Assembly: GCA_902612005.1 (NCBI GenBank)
Contig: CACMCA010000003.1
Coordinates: 33,756-97,755 of the forward strand
Length of the DNA: 64,000 nt
Direction: 5' to 3'
Source: an uncultured Prochlorococcus sp.
Lineage (GTDB): Bacteria; Cyanobacteriota; Cyanobacteriia; PCC-6307; Cyanobiaceae
This document shows, piece after piece, positions 10,228-21,309 of this stretch. Position 1 is the stretch's first letter. Every line of letters begins with the position of its first letter. Both the position numbers and the translations under genes were made by a program. The notes beneath the pieces were generated by a model that was not told the origin of the DNA, did no database searches, and worked only from the letters and a program-made list of their open reading frames with translations.

Positions 10228-11646
10228 ATGGGCAAGGAAAGTGTACAAAAAATTAATAAGCCTAGAGCTATCAGAAGATTAGTTATTTGGTACAAGAGAA
10301 ATTCGGCCGTAACTTCTATAGTTGATACTGCTGCTAGTTCAGCTGTAACGGCTAGTAATGTAGCGGGTAATGTAGTTTCTGGCGCAGGCTCTGTTGTGAG
10401 CACAGCAAGTAATGTTGCTAGTAATGTTGCAGGTAATGTTGCAGGTAATGTAGTTTCAAGCGCTGAATCTGTTGTGAATACTGCCAGCAGTGTTGTTTCA
10501 AGTGCTAGTTCAATAGCTAAAAATACATTACAGCCATTAGTTTTTGACCCATTAAAAAGATTACAAAATAATGATAATGTTTTAGATAGGGTGGAGGAAT
10601 CTCAATCTAAAAGAGTTTGGATAGCAGTGGATGGGATGGGTGGAGATCATGCCCCTGGTCCAATTCTTGAGGGTTGCCTCGAAGCAATAAGTAGATTTCC
10701 AATAAATATAAAGTTTGTTGGCAAAATTGAAAAAGTTAAACATGTAGCAGAAAAAACTGGTTTGGCAGAATTATTAGAAAATGAAGTTGAGAATAATCGT
10801 CTTGAATTAATTGATAGTGGAGAGCCTATTAGCATGAATGAAGAAGCTACTGCAGTTAGAAAAAGAAAAAACGCGAGTATAAACGTTGCTATGGATTTAG
10901 TGAGAAATAATAAAGCTGAAGCTGTTTATTCAGCGGGGAATTCGGGAGCAATGATGGCTTCTGCCATATTTAGAATTGGGAGATTAAAAGGTATTGATAG
11001 ACCAGCCATAGGAGCATTATTTCCAACAAGGGATCAAACTCGCCCGGTATTAGTTTTAGATGTCGGTGCAAATACTGATTGTAAGCCATCTTATCTGCAT
11101 CAATTTGCTCTTCTAGGTAATATTTATGCAAAAGATGTTTTACAAGTAAAAAAACCAAGAATTGGCCTTTTAAATATAGGAGAAGAAGAATGCAAAGGTA
11201 ATGATTTATCCCTAAAAACATTTGAATTATTATCTTCTGATAAAAGTTTTGATTTTGGAGGTAATTGTGAAGGCCGAGATGTATTATCAGGTAATTTCGA
11301 CGTAGTAGTATGTGATGGATTTACTGGCAATATATTACTGAAATTTCTTGAATCTGTTGGAGGAGTTTTATTAGATATTTTGAGATCTGAGCTGCCGCGT
11401 GGAAGAAGAGGGAAAGTTGGTTCTGCTTTTTTAAAAAGTAATCTACTCAGAATTAAGAAAAGGTTAGATCATGCTGAACATGGGGGAGCTTTATTACTTG
11501 GAGTAAATGGTATTTGCGTTATTGGTCATGGAAGTAGCAAATCTTTATCAGTGGTTAGTGCACTTCGCTTGGCTCACTCCGCAGTGAATCATGGTGTTAT
11601 GGACAATTTAAATCAACTCCAAAAGCTTCAAGTTTTAAATTCATAA
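10228..11646 (+). CDS. plsX: Phosphate acyltransferase PlsX with a long repetitive N-terminal extension
   Basis: IAVDGMGGDHAP, SAGNSGA, LDVGAN, LLNIGEE, DGFTGN. The catalytic core starts only at about aa 130. Confidence 0.95.
   Translation: MGKESVQKINKPRAIRRLVIWYKRNSAVTSIVDTAASSAVTASNVAGNVVSGAGSVVSTASNVASNVAGNVAGNVVSSAESVVNTASSVVSSASSIAKNTLQPLVFDPLKRLQNNDNVLDRVEESQSKRVWIAVDGMGGDHAPGPILEGCLEAISRFPINIKFVGKIEKVKHVAEKTGLAELLENEVENNRLELIDSGEPISMNEEATAVRKRKNASINVAMDLVRNNKAEAVYSAGNSGAMMASAIFRIGRLKGIDRPAIGALFPTRDQTRPVLVLDVGANTDCKPSYLHQFALLGNIYAKDVLQVKKPRIGLLNIGEEECKGNDLSLKTFELLSSDKSFDFGGNCEGRDVLSGNFDVVVCDGFTGNILLKFLESVGGVLLDILRSELPRGRRGKVGSAFLKSNLLRIKKRLDHAEHGGALLLGVNGICVIGHGSSKSLSVVSALRLAHSAVNHGVMDNLNQLQKLQVLNS
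10408..10455 (+). repeat. 4 x 12-bp imperfect tandem repeat in plsX ([S/G]NVA)
   Basis: AGTAATGTTGCT AGTAATGTTGCA GGTAATGTTGCA GGTAATGTAGTT. A related copy lies at 10354-10377. Confidence 0.9.
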
Positions 11647-11699
11647 AACATATTGAGTCAAATTTATGTTTGACTAATATAAGTAACTTAAGAACTCTT

Positions 11700-12707
11700 T
11701 TGCAAGGAATAAATTTTAATCAGATCGGAGTATCATTCAAGGGAAGCGGAAGTTATGTACCTGATCAAATTTTAACCAATCAAAAAATTAGTCAGAAGGT
11801 TGATACAAGCAATGAATGGATAAAATCTAGAACGGGCATTTCTGAGAGAAGAATTTCTAACTTAGGAGATAATGTGAATGAGATGGGTTATAAGGCGGCT
11901 CTAGCCGCTGTAGAAATGGCTAATTGGGATATTAAAACGATTGATTTAATTGTTTTAGCTACTTCTACTCCGCATGACTTATTCGGATCAGCGCCATCCA
12001 TTCAAGCTAAATTAGGGGCAGCTAATGCTGTTGCTTTCGATTTAACTGCGGCATGTAGTGGTTTCTTATTTGCCTTAATTACAACCTCACAATTTTTAAA
12101 AGGGGGTAGTTTTAAAAGGGCTATTGTTATAGGAGCAGATCAATTATCAAGTTTTGTTGATTGGAATGATAGAAGAAGTTGTATTCTCTTTGGAGATGGT
12201 GCAGGTGCATTAGCAATTGAAGCCACTAATAAATGTGATAATTTAATTGGTTTTGATATGAGAACAGATGGAGAAAGGGGTTCTTTTCTTAATCTTTCAT
12301 CAAAAAATAACAAGGATTCAATAATTGATAACATCAATTTTTCAAGTGGAGCTTTTTCTCCAATTCAAATGAATGGTCAGGAAGTATATAAATTTGCAGT
12401 TAGAGAAGTTCCGATAATTCTAGAAAAGTTGTTTAAAAAAATGAATTATACTTCCAATGAAGTTGATTGGCTTGTATTGCATCAAGCCAATCAAAGGATA
12501 TTGGATTCTGTAGGGGACAGGTTAAAAATTCCTAGAGAAAAAATTCTTAGCAATTTAGAAAAATACGGCAATACTTCAGCAGCAACAATTCCACTAGTGA
12601 TGGATGAGGCTATTAGAAAGAATAGAATTAAACAAAATGATATTATTGCCACAAGTGGTTTTGGTGCTGGGTTAAGTTGGGGTGCAGCCCTCATTAAATG
12701 GGGTTAA
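11700..12707 (+). CDS. fabH: 3-oxoacyl-ACP synthase III
   Basis: WIKSRTGI, AACSGF, FGDGAGA, HQAN, GNTSAA. Start uncertain (TTG at 11700 or 11670). Confidence 0.96.
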   Translation: MQGINFNQIGVSFKGSGSYVPDQILTNQKISQKVDTSNEWIKSRTGISERRISNLGDNVNEMGYKAALAAVEMANWDIKTIDLIVLATSTPHDLFGSAPSIQAKLGAANAVAFDLTAACSGFLFALITTSQFLKGGSFKRAIVIGADQLSSFVDWNDRRSCILFGDGAGALAIEATNKCDNLIGFDMRTDGERGSFLNLSSKNNKDSIIDNINFSSGAFSPIQMNGQEVYKFAVREVPIILEKLFKKMNYTSNEVDWLVLHQANQRILDSVGDRLKIPREKILSNLEKYGNTSAATIPLVMDEAIRKNRIKQNDIIATSGFGAGLSWGAALIKWG

Positions 12708-12723
12708 AAAAAAAAGGAGCATT

Positions 12724-13620
12724 ATGACAGTTGCATGGGTATTTCCTGGACAGGGTTCTCAAAAAATTGGAATGGCAAAACAAATTGAAAATTTGCCCAA
12801 TACAAAAGAGAGGTTTAGTTATGCATCTGAAATTTTTGACAGGAATTTATTTGAAATTTGTGAGTTAAATCCTGAACCAACAAATCCTCTTTTTGATTTA
12901 AATAACACAATAAATACACAAATTTGTCTTTTTTTAGTTGAATCAATTCTATTAGATGCGTTAAAGGAAAATGAATTTAAACCAACTTATGTCGCTGGGC
13001 ATAGTCTAGGAGAAATCACTGCACTATATTGTGCGGATGTTTTTTCATTCGAAGATTGTGTTTCTCTAATAAAAGAGAGGTCTCAATTAATGGTGAATGC
13101 TGGGAAAGGAGCTATGGCAGCAGTAATTGGTTTTGATAGAAATCAACTTGATCTATTAGTACAAAAAATTGATGATGTTGTAATTGCTAATGATAATAGT
13201 TCTTCTCAAGTTGTCTTATCAGGATCTAATGATGCATTAAATAATTTATCGAGAGAAATTTCTTGTAAAAGATTTTTGAAATTAAATGTTTCAGGTGCAT
13301 TTCATTCGCCATTTATGAATGAACCTTCATTAAAATTTTCAGAGTATTTAAAACAGATTAAATTTAATAATCCCTCTTTCCCAGTAATAAGCAATAGTGA
13401 ACCGTCACTTTGTAGTGATCCAAACGAGCTTAAAATTAGATTAGAAAAGCAAATGTGTAATGGAGTGAGATGGCGAGAAACTATGGATTTAATCGCAAAA
13501 GATAGTGATCTTCATATTGTTGAAGTTGGTCCTTCAAATGTCCTAAGCGGTTTAGGAAAAAGACATCTTAAAGATGTAAAGATTTCTCAAGTTTCATCTT
13601 CTGATCAAATATCATATTAA
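12724..13620 (+). CDS. fabD: Malonyl CoA-ACP transacylase
   Basis: FPGQGSQ, GHSLGE, SGAFHS. ATG at 12724. Confidence 0.96.
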   Translation: MTVAWVFPGQGSQKIGMAKQIENLPNTKERFSYASEIFDRNLFEICELNPEPTNPLFDLNNTINTQICLFLVESILLDALKENEFKPTYVAGHSLGEITALYCADVFSFEDCVSLIKERSQLMVNAGKGAMAAVIGFDRNQLDLLVQKIDDVVIANDNSSSQVVLSGSNDALNNLSREISCKRFLKLNVSGAFHSPFMNEPSLKFSEYLKQIKFNNPSFPVISNSEPSLCSDPNELKIRLEKQMCNGVRWRETMDLIAKDSDLHIVEVGPSNVLSGLGKRHLKDVKISQVSSSDQISY

Positions 13621-13625
13621 TTTGT

Positions 13626-14246
13626 ATGAAAAATCATACTATTCAAAAATTAATCTATGAATTAGTTAGCAAGGTTTTTGTATTTCCTATTTATAAAATT
13701 GTATTTAAAGGTCATTTAATAGGTAGAGACAATATTCCACAAAAAGAATCTTTTATAATGGTTTCTAATCATGGTTCTTTACTTGATCCCCCTTTATTAG
13801 GACATGCTCTTGGACGTAACATATCTTTTATGGCTAAGGCTGAGCTTTTTAAAATTCCTTTTCTTGGATTTATTATCAAGGCTTGTGGAGCTTATCCGGT
13901 AAAAAGAGGCATTGCTGATAAAAATACAATTAAAGTAGCATGTAAAAAATTATCAAATGATAATTCTATTGGAATTTTTATTGATGGCACTCGTCAAAAA
14001 AATGGTCGAGTAAATAAGCCCAAACAAGGTGCAGCATTATTAGCCTTTAAAAATCAAAAATTATTATTGCCTGTTGCAATAGTTAATTCTCATAGACTAA
14101 TAAGATTTAAATTCTTTTTTCCTTTATTTTCAAAAATAGTTATTAAAGTCGGAAAACCTGTCCAACCACCACAAAGTTCATCAAGAGATGATCTGAACTC
14201 TGTAACAATGCACCTTCAAGATGAAATTAATAATTTGATTGGATGA
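13626..14246 (+). CDS. plsC: 1-acyl-sn-glycerol-3-phosphate acyltransferase
   Basis: NHGSLLD (HX4D), FMAKAELF, FIDGTR. Confidence 0.92.
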   Translation: MKNHTIQKLIYELVSKVFVFPIYKIVFKGHLIGRDNIPQKESFIMVSNHGSLLDPPLLGHALGRNISFMAKAELFKIPFLGFIIKACGAYPVKRGIADKNTIKVACKKLSNDNSIGIFIDGTRQKNGRVNKPKQGAALLAFKNQKLLLPVAIVNSHRLIRFKFFFPLFSKIVIKVGKPVQPPQSSSRDDLNSVTMHLQDEINNLIG

Positions 14247-14249
14247 ATC

Positions 14250-14903
14250 TCAGTTAATTGGAGAAATAGGGTAAAGAGGCAAAACGTTTTTCCAAGAATC
14301 TACATTGGGATTTAATAAATTTTTATTTGATAAATCTAATAGTTCTTTCAAATCTTCTTTATCATCGTAAATAGCCTCAAAAAAAAGTTCTTTACTCTCA
14401 AGTTTTTTAACAACTTTTGGTAAAACTGTTTCTCGAATGACCAATTCCGAGTCGGTTTTTTCGTGATGACAAATTTCATATTTTCCTGCAATAAAACCCT
14501 TTCGTTTTAATTTTTTGTAAATCCAGAATGATTTTTTGTTTGTAAAGATATGATTTTTTGATGCAATTCTTTTTGCTATTATTTCAAATGAACTAAAACT
14601 GTCTAGAGGACAATTTATTTGTTGTGAAATAGTTCTTGCTAAAACTACAATAAGTCGTGAAGCATTAAAATTTGCTGGCCCTATGCTGACAGATATTTTA
14701 TTTATTTTTTTTAAATTCTCTTTGGAAATGAATTTATAAAGATCATTAATTAAGTTGTTGCATAGGTCATTATCAAATTTTTTGATAAATAATTGATCCG
14801 ATTCAAGGTTATTGTTTTTTCTATAACCAAAGCCAAAAGAATTGTCTGTGCTATGAATAACTAATGTAGGATAATTATTTCTTTGTTTGAGTTTATTTGT
14901 CAT
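14250..14903 (-). CDS. tsaB: tRNA t6A biosynthesis protein TsaB-like (divergent)
   Basis: LVIHST N-terminus and VSIGPANFNASR, a degenerate GPGSFTGLR. Confidence 0.7.
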   Translation of the reverse strand: MTNKLKQRNNYPTLVIHSTDNSFGFGYRKNNNLESDQLFIKKFDNDLCNNLINDLYKFISKENLKKINKISVSIGPANFNASRLIVVLARTISQQINCPLDSFSSFEIIAKRIASKNHIFTNKKSFWIYKKLKRKGFIAGKYEICHHEKTDSELVIRETVLPKVVKKLESKELFFEAIYDDKEDLKELLDLSNKNLLNPNVDSWKNVLPLYPISPIN

Positions 14904-15163
14904 CTATTACCTTTAAAAGGTAACTCCATACTTGGATTATACTTAGACCATTTACCAAATTCACTTTCAAAACTTTCACAAGATTGAACATCCCAATCAG
15001 TTTTATAAACACCATTATTATCTTCAACTATATTGACATGAATGAATGGTTTTTTAGCTTTAAAATCAGGTAGATCACAAATATGGTCAACACCATGATT
15101 ATTCTCAACATCATGATATGTGATACATCTATCAACCCATTTACAGTTGATGCAAATGCACAT
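14900..15163 (-). CDS. ycf34: Ycf34 iron-sulfur protein
   Basis: MCICINC..VDRC.TYH.VE..H and WDV.SCESF. True start is ATG at 15163. Confidence 0.92.
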   Translation of the reverse strand: MCICINCKWVDRCITYHDVENNHGVDHICDLPDFKAKKPFIHVNIVEDNNGVYKTDWDVQSCESFESEFGKWSKYNPSMELPFKGNR

Positions 15164-15177
15164 AATAAAAAAATAAA

Positions 15178-16395
15178 ATGAAAAGCAGCTTTTACAAAGA
15201 TCATACACTAATAATTGATGAATTAGAGACAAGTATAAAATTTCATAATTTAAATTTTATTTTAGATTTTTTACCTAGAGGATCATATTTGGTGGGCGGT
15301 TACATAAGAGATATTATTTTGGGAAGAGAACCTGAAAAGGTAGATGTTGATATTGTGGTACCTTTTAATGCAATTGAAATTGGGAAAAAGATTTCAGATA
15401 ATATTGGATCAAAATTTATAATCTTAGATGAAAAAAGAGAAGTAGTAAGAATTATTTTTAATCATCTTTATATCGATATTGCTAATCAAGTATCATCTAC
15501 AATAGAGGGAGATTTGTGTTCTAGAGACTTTTCGATTAATTCAATTGCTTTCTTATTTGATAAGAAGTGTTTGTTTGACCCATTGAATGGTCTTAAAGAT
15601 TTAGAGATTTCTTTGCTTAGAACTCATACTGAAAACAATTTACTTAATGATCCTCTACGAATATTAAGATGTTTTCGATTTGTTTCAGAATTGAATTTTA
15701 AAATAGATTTAGAATTGGTTGATTTTATAAAAAAAAATAAAGGGAAATTATTCATAGTTGCCAAAGAAAGGATAAATTATGAAATACAAAAAATAGTAAA
15801 TGGTAAAAATGCTCTTGAGGCGGTAATTTTGTTAAAAAAATTTAAAATATTTGGATCTGATAATTTTTATAAAAATTCTTTTTTTTTGGATTTAAAGAAA
15901 ATTAATTATGAAGAACTTTATCAGGATGAAAAAGAAAAATTTCTACCATCATTTTTTATTGCTCAAATTTTAGATGTTGAATTATTAGAGAAACTTAAAT
16001 TTAGTAAAGCTGAAATTGCAAAAACTAAATTATTACGAAAATGGCACTTTTTGCTGGAGACAAAAAATATCACTCAATTAACTGAATCAGATAGATATAA
16101 ATTACATAAAGAATTAGAGATCTTTCTTCCATCTTTTATTTTTTATTTACCTCAAAACTTACGATTAGATTGGCTTCATAGGTGGAGAGATAATGATGAT
16201 AAATTATTTCATCCTTCAAACTTACTTAATGGTGACGTAATTAAAAAAAATTTAAAAATTAAGGATGGGCCTATCTTAGGACAGCTTTTACAGTATCTTT
16301 CTAAAGAGCTTGCTTATAATAGATTGAATAATTTTGATGAAGCAATTTATAAAGCAAAGCAATGGATTGAACAAAATGCGCCAAAATGTGATTAA
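15178..16395 (+). CDS. Class II tRNA nucleotidyltransferase (probably CC-adding type)
   Basis: LVGGYIRD...DVD, RDFSINS, DPLNG and DPLRILR motifs. Confidence 0.88.
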   Translation: MKSSFYKDHTLIIDELETSIKFHNLNFILDFLPRGSYLVGGYIRDIILGREPEKVDVDIVVPFNAIEIGKKISDNIGSKFIILDEKREVVRIIFNHLYIDIANQVSSTIEGDLCSRDFSINSIAFLFDKKCLFDPLNGLKDLEISLLRTHTENNLLNDPLRILRCFRFVSELNFKIDLELVDFIKKNKGKLFIVAKERINYEIQKIVNGKNALEAVILLKKFKIFGSDNFYKNSFFLDLKKINYEELYQDEKEKFLPSFFIAQILDVELLEKLKFSKAEIAKTKLLRKWHFLLETKNITQLTESDRYKLHKELEIFLPSFIFYLPQNLRLDWLHRWRDNDDKLFHPSNLLNGDVIKKNLKIKDGPILGQLLQYLSKELAYNRLNNFDEAIYKAKQWIEQNAPKCD

Positions 16396-16454
16396 ATACA
16401 CATAGCTTAGTTTTGTTTAGAAGTTCAGACTTCAAAATCATTTTTAAAAAATTT

Positions 16455-16874
16455 ATGAGCATTCGCATTTACATTGGCAACTTACCACAAGGATTTAATC
16501 CAAAAGAATTTGATAAACTTTTAAAGTCAGTTTCTGATTCGATTAGATTTAAAGCAGTTCTAGACAAGGAAACTAAGGAATGCAGGGGGTTCGGTTTTGC
16601 TGCAACTAATAATGAAGACAATGCTAATTTATTAATTCAAAAGTTAAACGGTTTTGAATTTAATGGTTCTAAATTAAGAGTAGAGCTATCAGAAAAGAAA
16701 GATTCTCCTTCAAACAAAAGAAATAGCGCAAAATTAAATAAGAATAAGAAGAGGAAAGACTTTAAGAAAATCGTTCATAGTGATGCTCCAAACCTGGAAG
16801 CTCCTGATCCAAGATGGGCTGGAGAACTTTCTAAATTAAAAGATTTGTTGGCTAATCAGAAGACTCCTGCTTAG
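16455..16874 (+). CDS. RRM RNA-binding protein, Rbp3-like
   Basis: RNP2 IYIGNL, RNP1 RGFGFA, C-terminal PDPRWA motif. ATG at 16455. Confidence 0.9.
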   Translation: MSIRIYIGNLPQGFNPKEFDKLLKSVSDSIRFKAVLDKETKECRGFGFAATNNEDNANLLIQKLNGFEFNGSKLRVELSEKKDSPSNKRNSAKLNKNKKRKDFKKIVHSDAPNLEAPDPRWAGELSKLKDLLANQKTPA

Positions 16875-17783
16875 TTATTTAATTCGAGAAATTAAAAAAG
16901 ATATTGGAATCTCAAGAGCTTTTACTGAATTTTTTACGAAAGCCCTATTGTTAAAAACATCATAATCTAATCTTTCAATAGAATCTAATATTCCTCTGTA
17001 AAGACGTAAAGAAGTCCATACTGGCCATCTCGCATCAGAAGATAGCCACTTAATACCATCTTCTGACTTTTGAAACCAGTCTCGAGCCCTAGTTAATTGA
17101 AAGTTCATCAGTGATTTCCACTGCTTATTTATTTTTCCTTTTAAAAGTTCTTCTTCAGAATAATTAAATTTTTCAATATCCGCTTGAGGGAGATATATTC
17201 TTCCTCTATGTCTATCTTCGCCTACATCCCTTAATATATTTGTTAATTGATTGGCAATTCCTAAAGCTATAGCTGCTTCAGAGGGGTCAGGCATTTCACT
17301 CCATGGAGCTGATGTATAAGCGCTGTCAATACCCATCACATTCTGAGTCATTAAACCAACAGTCCCTGCGACTCTATAACAATAGAGTTTTAATTCATCA
17401 AAATTTTTGTATCTAAATTTATTTAAATCCATTCTCTGGCCATCTATCATGTCTAGATAAGGTTGAATACTTTGTGGATATTTCTCGATTGTATCTAATA
17501 AAACTGAATCTAATTCAGATTTAATATTCCCTTTAAATACATTTTTAGTATTTTCTTCCCATGCATCTAGATTGTCTGAAAGCTCATCTTGCGATTTAGT
17601 TGATGCTTCTATGCTATCCATTATTTCATCTGTTCTTCTACACCATACATAGATAGCCCAAATAGCTTTTCTCTTTTCTTGAGGTAACAGGAGAGTTCCC
17701 AAGTAAAAAGTTTTAGCCCATTGTTGGGTTTCTTTTCTGCATATTTCGTATGCTTGATCTAGTTGAGAAATAGAATTTTTCAA
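16875..17783 (-). CDS. crtB: Phytoene synthase
   Basis: AKTFYLGT, RRTDE, YCYRVAGTVG, NQLTNILRDVGED, GRIYLP. Confidence 0.97.
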   Translation of the reverse strand: MKNSISQLDQAYEICRKETQQWAKTFYLGTLLLPQEKRKAIWAIYVWCRRTDEIMDSIEASTKSQDELSDNLDAWEENTKNVFKGNIKSELDSVLLDTIEKYPQSIQPYLDMIDGQRMDLNKFRYKNFDELKLYCYRVAGTVGLMTQNVMGIDSAYTSAPWSEMPDPSEAAIALGIANQLTNILRDVGEDRHRGRIYLPQADIEKFNYSEEELLKGKINKQWKSLMNFQLTRARDWFQKSEDGIKWLSSDARWPVWTSLRLYRGILDSIERLDYDVFNNRAFVKNSVKALEIPISFLISRIK

Positions 17784-17820
17784 AAAGCTTTAGATGAATT
17801 TGAGAATTATGTAAATTTTA

Positions 17821-19221
<1,401 letters not shown>

Positions 19222-19308
19222 TTAATCAAGAAATAAATTAACACTTAATAATAAGCTACATTAAAGTTAGAACATAATAGTTTTTTTCGTTGATTATTTT
19301 GTAAAATT

Positions 19309-19656
19309 ATGGAAAAAATGCTTTTAAAATCGACTACAAGACATGTAAGAATTTTTACTGCCGAAGTAGTTGATAAGAAATTGAAATTTCATCCAAACAA
19401 ACTAACTCTTGATTTAGATCCCGATAACGAATTTATTTGGAACGAAGATTCCATAAACAAAATAAATGAAAAATTCAATTTGTTAATCAAAGAGAGAGCA
19501 GGAATGGATTTAGATGATTACGAACTTCGAAAAATAGGATCAGAAATCGAAGGTTTAATCAAATTTTTGCTTCAAAATGGTCAACTAAGTTATAACCCTG
19601 ATTGCAGAGTAATGAATTATTCAATGGGTTTACCAAAGTCAAATGAAGTGCTGTGA
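19309..19656 (+). CDS. ndhM: NDH-1 subunit M
   Basis: [31 protein letters not shown]. Confidence 0.95.
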   Translation: MEKMLLKSTTRHVRIFTAEVVDKKLKFHPNKLTLDLDPDNEFIWNEDSINKINEKFNLLIKERAGMDLDDYELRKIGSEIEGLIKFLLQNGQLSYNPDCRVMNYSMGLPKSNEVL

Positions 19657-20276
19657 ATAGATCATCCTCGAATAGAAGGCCAAGGAGAGGCTCAAATAGA
19701 AGTTATTACCCTCCAAATTCTAGAGACATGGATTCGTATGGACAAAGAAGCGGCAGATTGCCTGCTTCTTCTGAACAAAAGATTAATTTCAGTACAGGAA
19801 CCATTGCCGTGCTTGCTGGAGTACTAATTTTAGGAGTTGGTATTGGGAGCGCTATTACAAGTACAACAGACGGTGGACAGGGAAACATAGCTAGTCAACA
19901 ACAATTAGATATGGCTGTTCCAGACCCTGAGTTTTGCAGACAATGGGGAGCTAGTGCTTTTGTAATTGATGTTGAAATGTATACAACTCTTAATCCATCT
20001 ACTAGTTTTGTAACTCAACCAGCTCTTCAGCCGGGTTGTGTGATTAGAAGAGAGAATTGGACAGTTTTACAAAAACAGGGCGCAATTAGTAATGAAGATG
20101 TTAGAGAATGTAAGCAAAGGATGAATACTTTTGCTTACATTGGATCTATAAGAGATAAGCCAATAGTCAAGTGTGTTTACCAAACTGATGTAAATGAAAA
20201 TAAATTTATTATTAAAGGCGATGGACAAGCCGAAGACGGAGGAGTAGGTATTAATAAAGAAGCAATTCAGTTTTGA
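19653..20276 (+). CDS. Conserved cyanobacterial membrane-anchored protein (DUF3172-like)
   Basis: Single TM segment, [26 protein letters not shown] overlap with ndhM. Confidence 0.78.
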   Translation: MNRSSSNRRPRRGSNRSYYPPNSRDMDSYGQRSGRLPASSEQKINFSTGTIAVLAGVLILGVGIGSAITSTTDGGQGNIASQQQLDMAVPDPEFCRQWGASAFVIDVEMYTTLNPSTSFVTQPALQPGCVIRRENWTVLQKQGAISNEDVRECKQRMNTFAYIGSIRDKPIVKCVYQTDVNENKFIIKGDGQAEDGGVGINKEAIQF

Positions 20277-20282
20277 CCAAAA

Positions 20283-21227
20283 TTATATATGTCTTAAAGG
20301 GCTTTTTAAACTGGCAAATTGTGGCAGAATATTTTTCTTAAAGACTTCTGACGCTCTTGATGTATATCTTGACGGATTAGTAATTAATTTAAGTTCTCTT
20401 TTAACCTCTAAGTCAGCAATGAATGCTTTGTGGATTGTTCCAGCCGATAATTCTCTTTCAATAGAAACCACAGGCAAAAAGGAAGCACCTAAACCTGATT
20501 GAACTGCATTCTTGATTGCTTCAAGAGAGTTAAGTTCCATCTCAATTTTTAATCTTTGAATATCAAGCCCAGAGTCTTGAAGAAGTTTGTCAACAACTTT
20601 TCTTGTTGTAGATTGAGAGTCTAATGTTACAAAATTTAATTTATATAAGTCTTCTTTTAAGAGCTCTTTTTTGGTCGAAAGTGGATGTTTAGAGGGTAAA
20701 ACTAATGCCAATTCATCTGTGGCATATGGAATTACCTGTAGCAAATTTTCTAAATCTCCAGGTAATTGTCCGCCGATAATAGCTAAGTCGATTTGTCCAT
20801 TGGCGACACTCCAGCCAGTTCTCCTAGTACTGTGAACTTGAAGTTGAACAGATACATCAGGGTATTTTTGTCTAAATACTCCTATCATTCTCGGCATTAA
20901 ATAGGTCCCAGTAGTTTGGCTTGCTCCAATGACTAGAGTTCCTCCTTTTAAGCTATTTAAATCTTCAATAGCTTTACAAGCTTCGTCACATTGATTCAAA
21001 ATTCGTTCGCAATAATCAAGTAATAGTCTGCCTGCTTCAGTTAATAGAGCCTTCCTACCACCTCTATCGAAAATAGTGATTTCAAGTTGTTTTTCGAGAT
21101 TTTGTATTTGTAAACTTACAGCAGGTTGGGTTATATATAGGAGATCTGCAGCTTTTTTAAAACTTCCTTGAGCTGCTATAGCTTTTAGTATTCTTAATTG
21201 GTCGAGTGTAAATGGTAATTCTGGCAT
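20283..21227 (-). CDS. rbcR: LysR-family regulator, RbcR/Ycf30-type
   Basis: [11 protein letters not shown]...[33 protein letters not shown]. Confidence 0.88.
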   Translation of the reverse strand: MPELPFTLDQLRILKAIAAQGSFKKAADLLYITQPAVSLQIQNLEKQLEITIFDRGGRKALLTEAGRLLLDYCERILNQCDEACKAIEDLNSLKGGTLVIGASQTTGTYLMPRMIGVFRQKYPDVSVQLQVHSTRRTGWSVANGQIDLAIIGGQLPGDLENLLQVIPYATDELALVLPSKHPLSTKKELLKEDLYKLNFVTLDSQSTTRKVVDKLLQDSGLDIQRLKIEMELNSLEAIKNAVQSGLGASFLPVVSIERELSAGTIHKAFIADLEVKRELKLITNPSRYTSRASEVFKKNILPQFASLKSPLRHI

Positions 21228-21273
21228 CTATTATGCCTACAATTAATTATAATTCTAATGCTTAGAAGCATAC

Positions 21274-21286
21274 TTGTTAAGAACAA
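21274..21286. promoter_or_regulatory. Candidate LysR T-N11-A box
   Basis: TTGTT-AAG-AACAA dyad in the divergent intergenic region upstream of the LysR gene. Confidence 0.35.
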
Positions 21287-21309
21287 AAATTTTTTAATAA
21301 TTCAACTAT

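Noticed and set aside
10354-10455. plsX repeats as a CRISPR-like array
   Set aside because: Units are 12 bp, adjacent and in-frame, with no spacers and no cas genes nearby.
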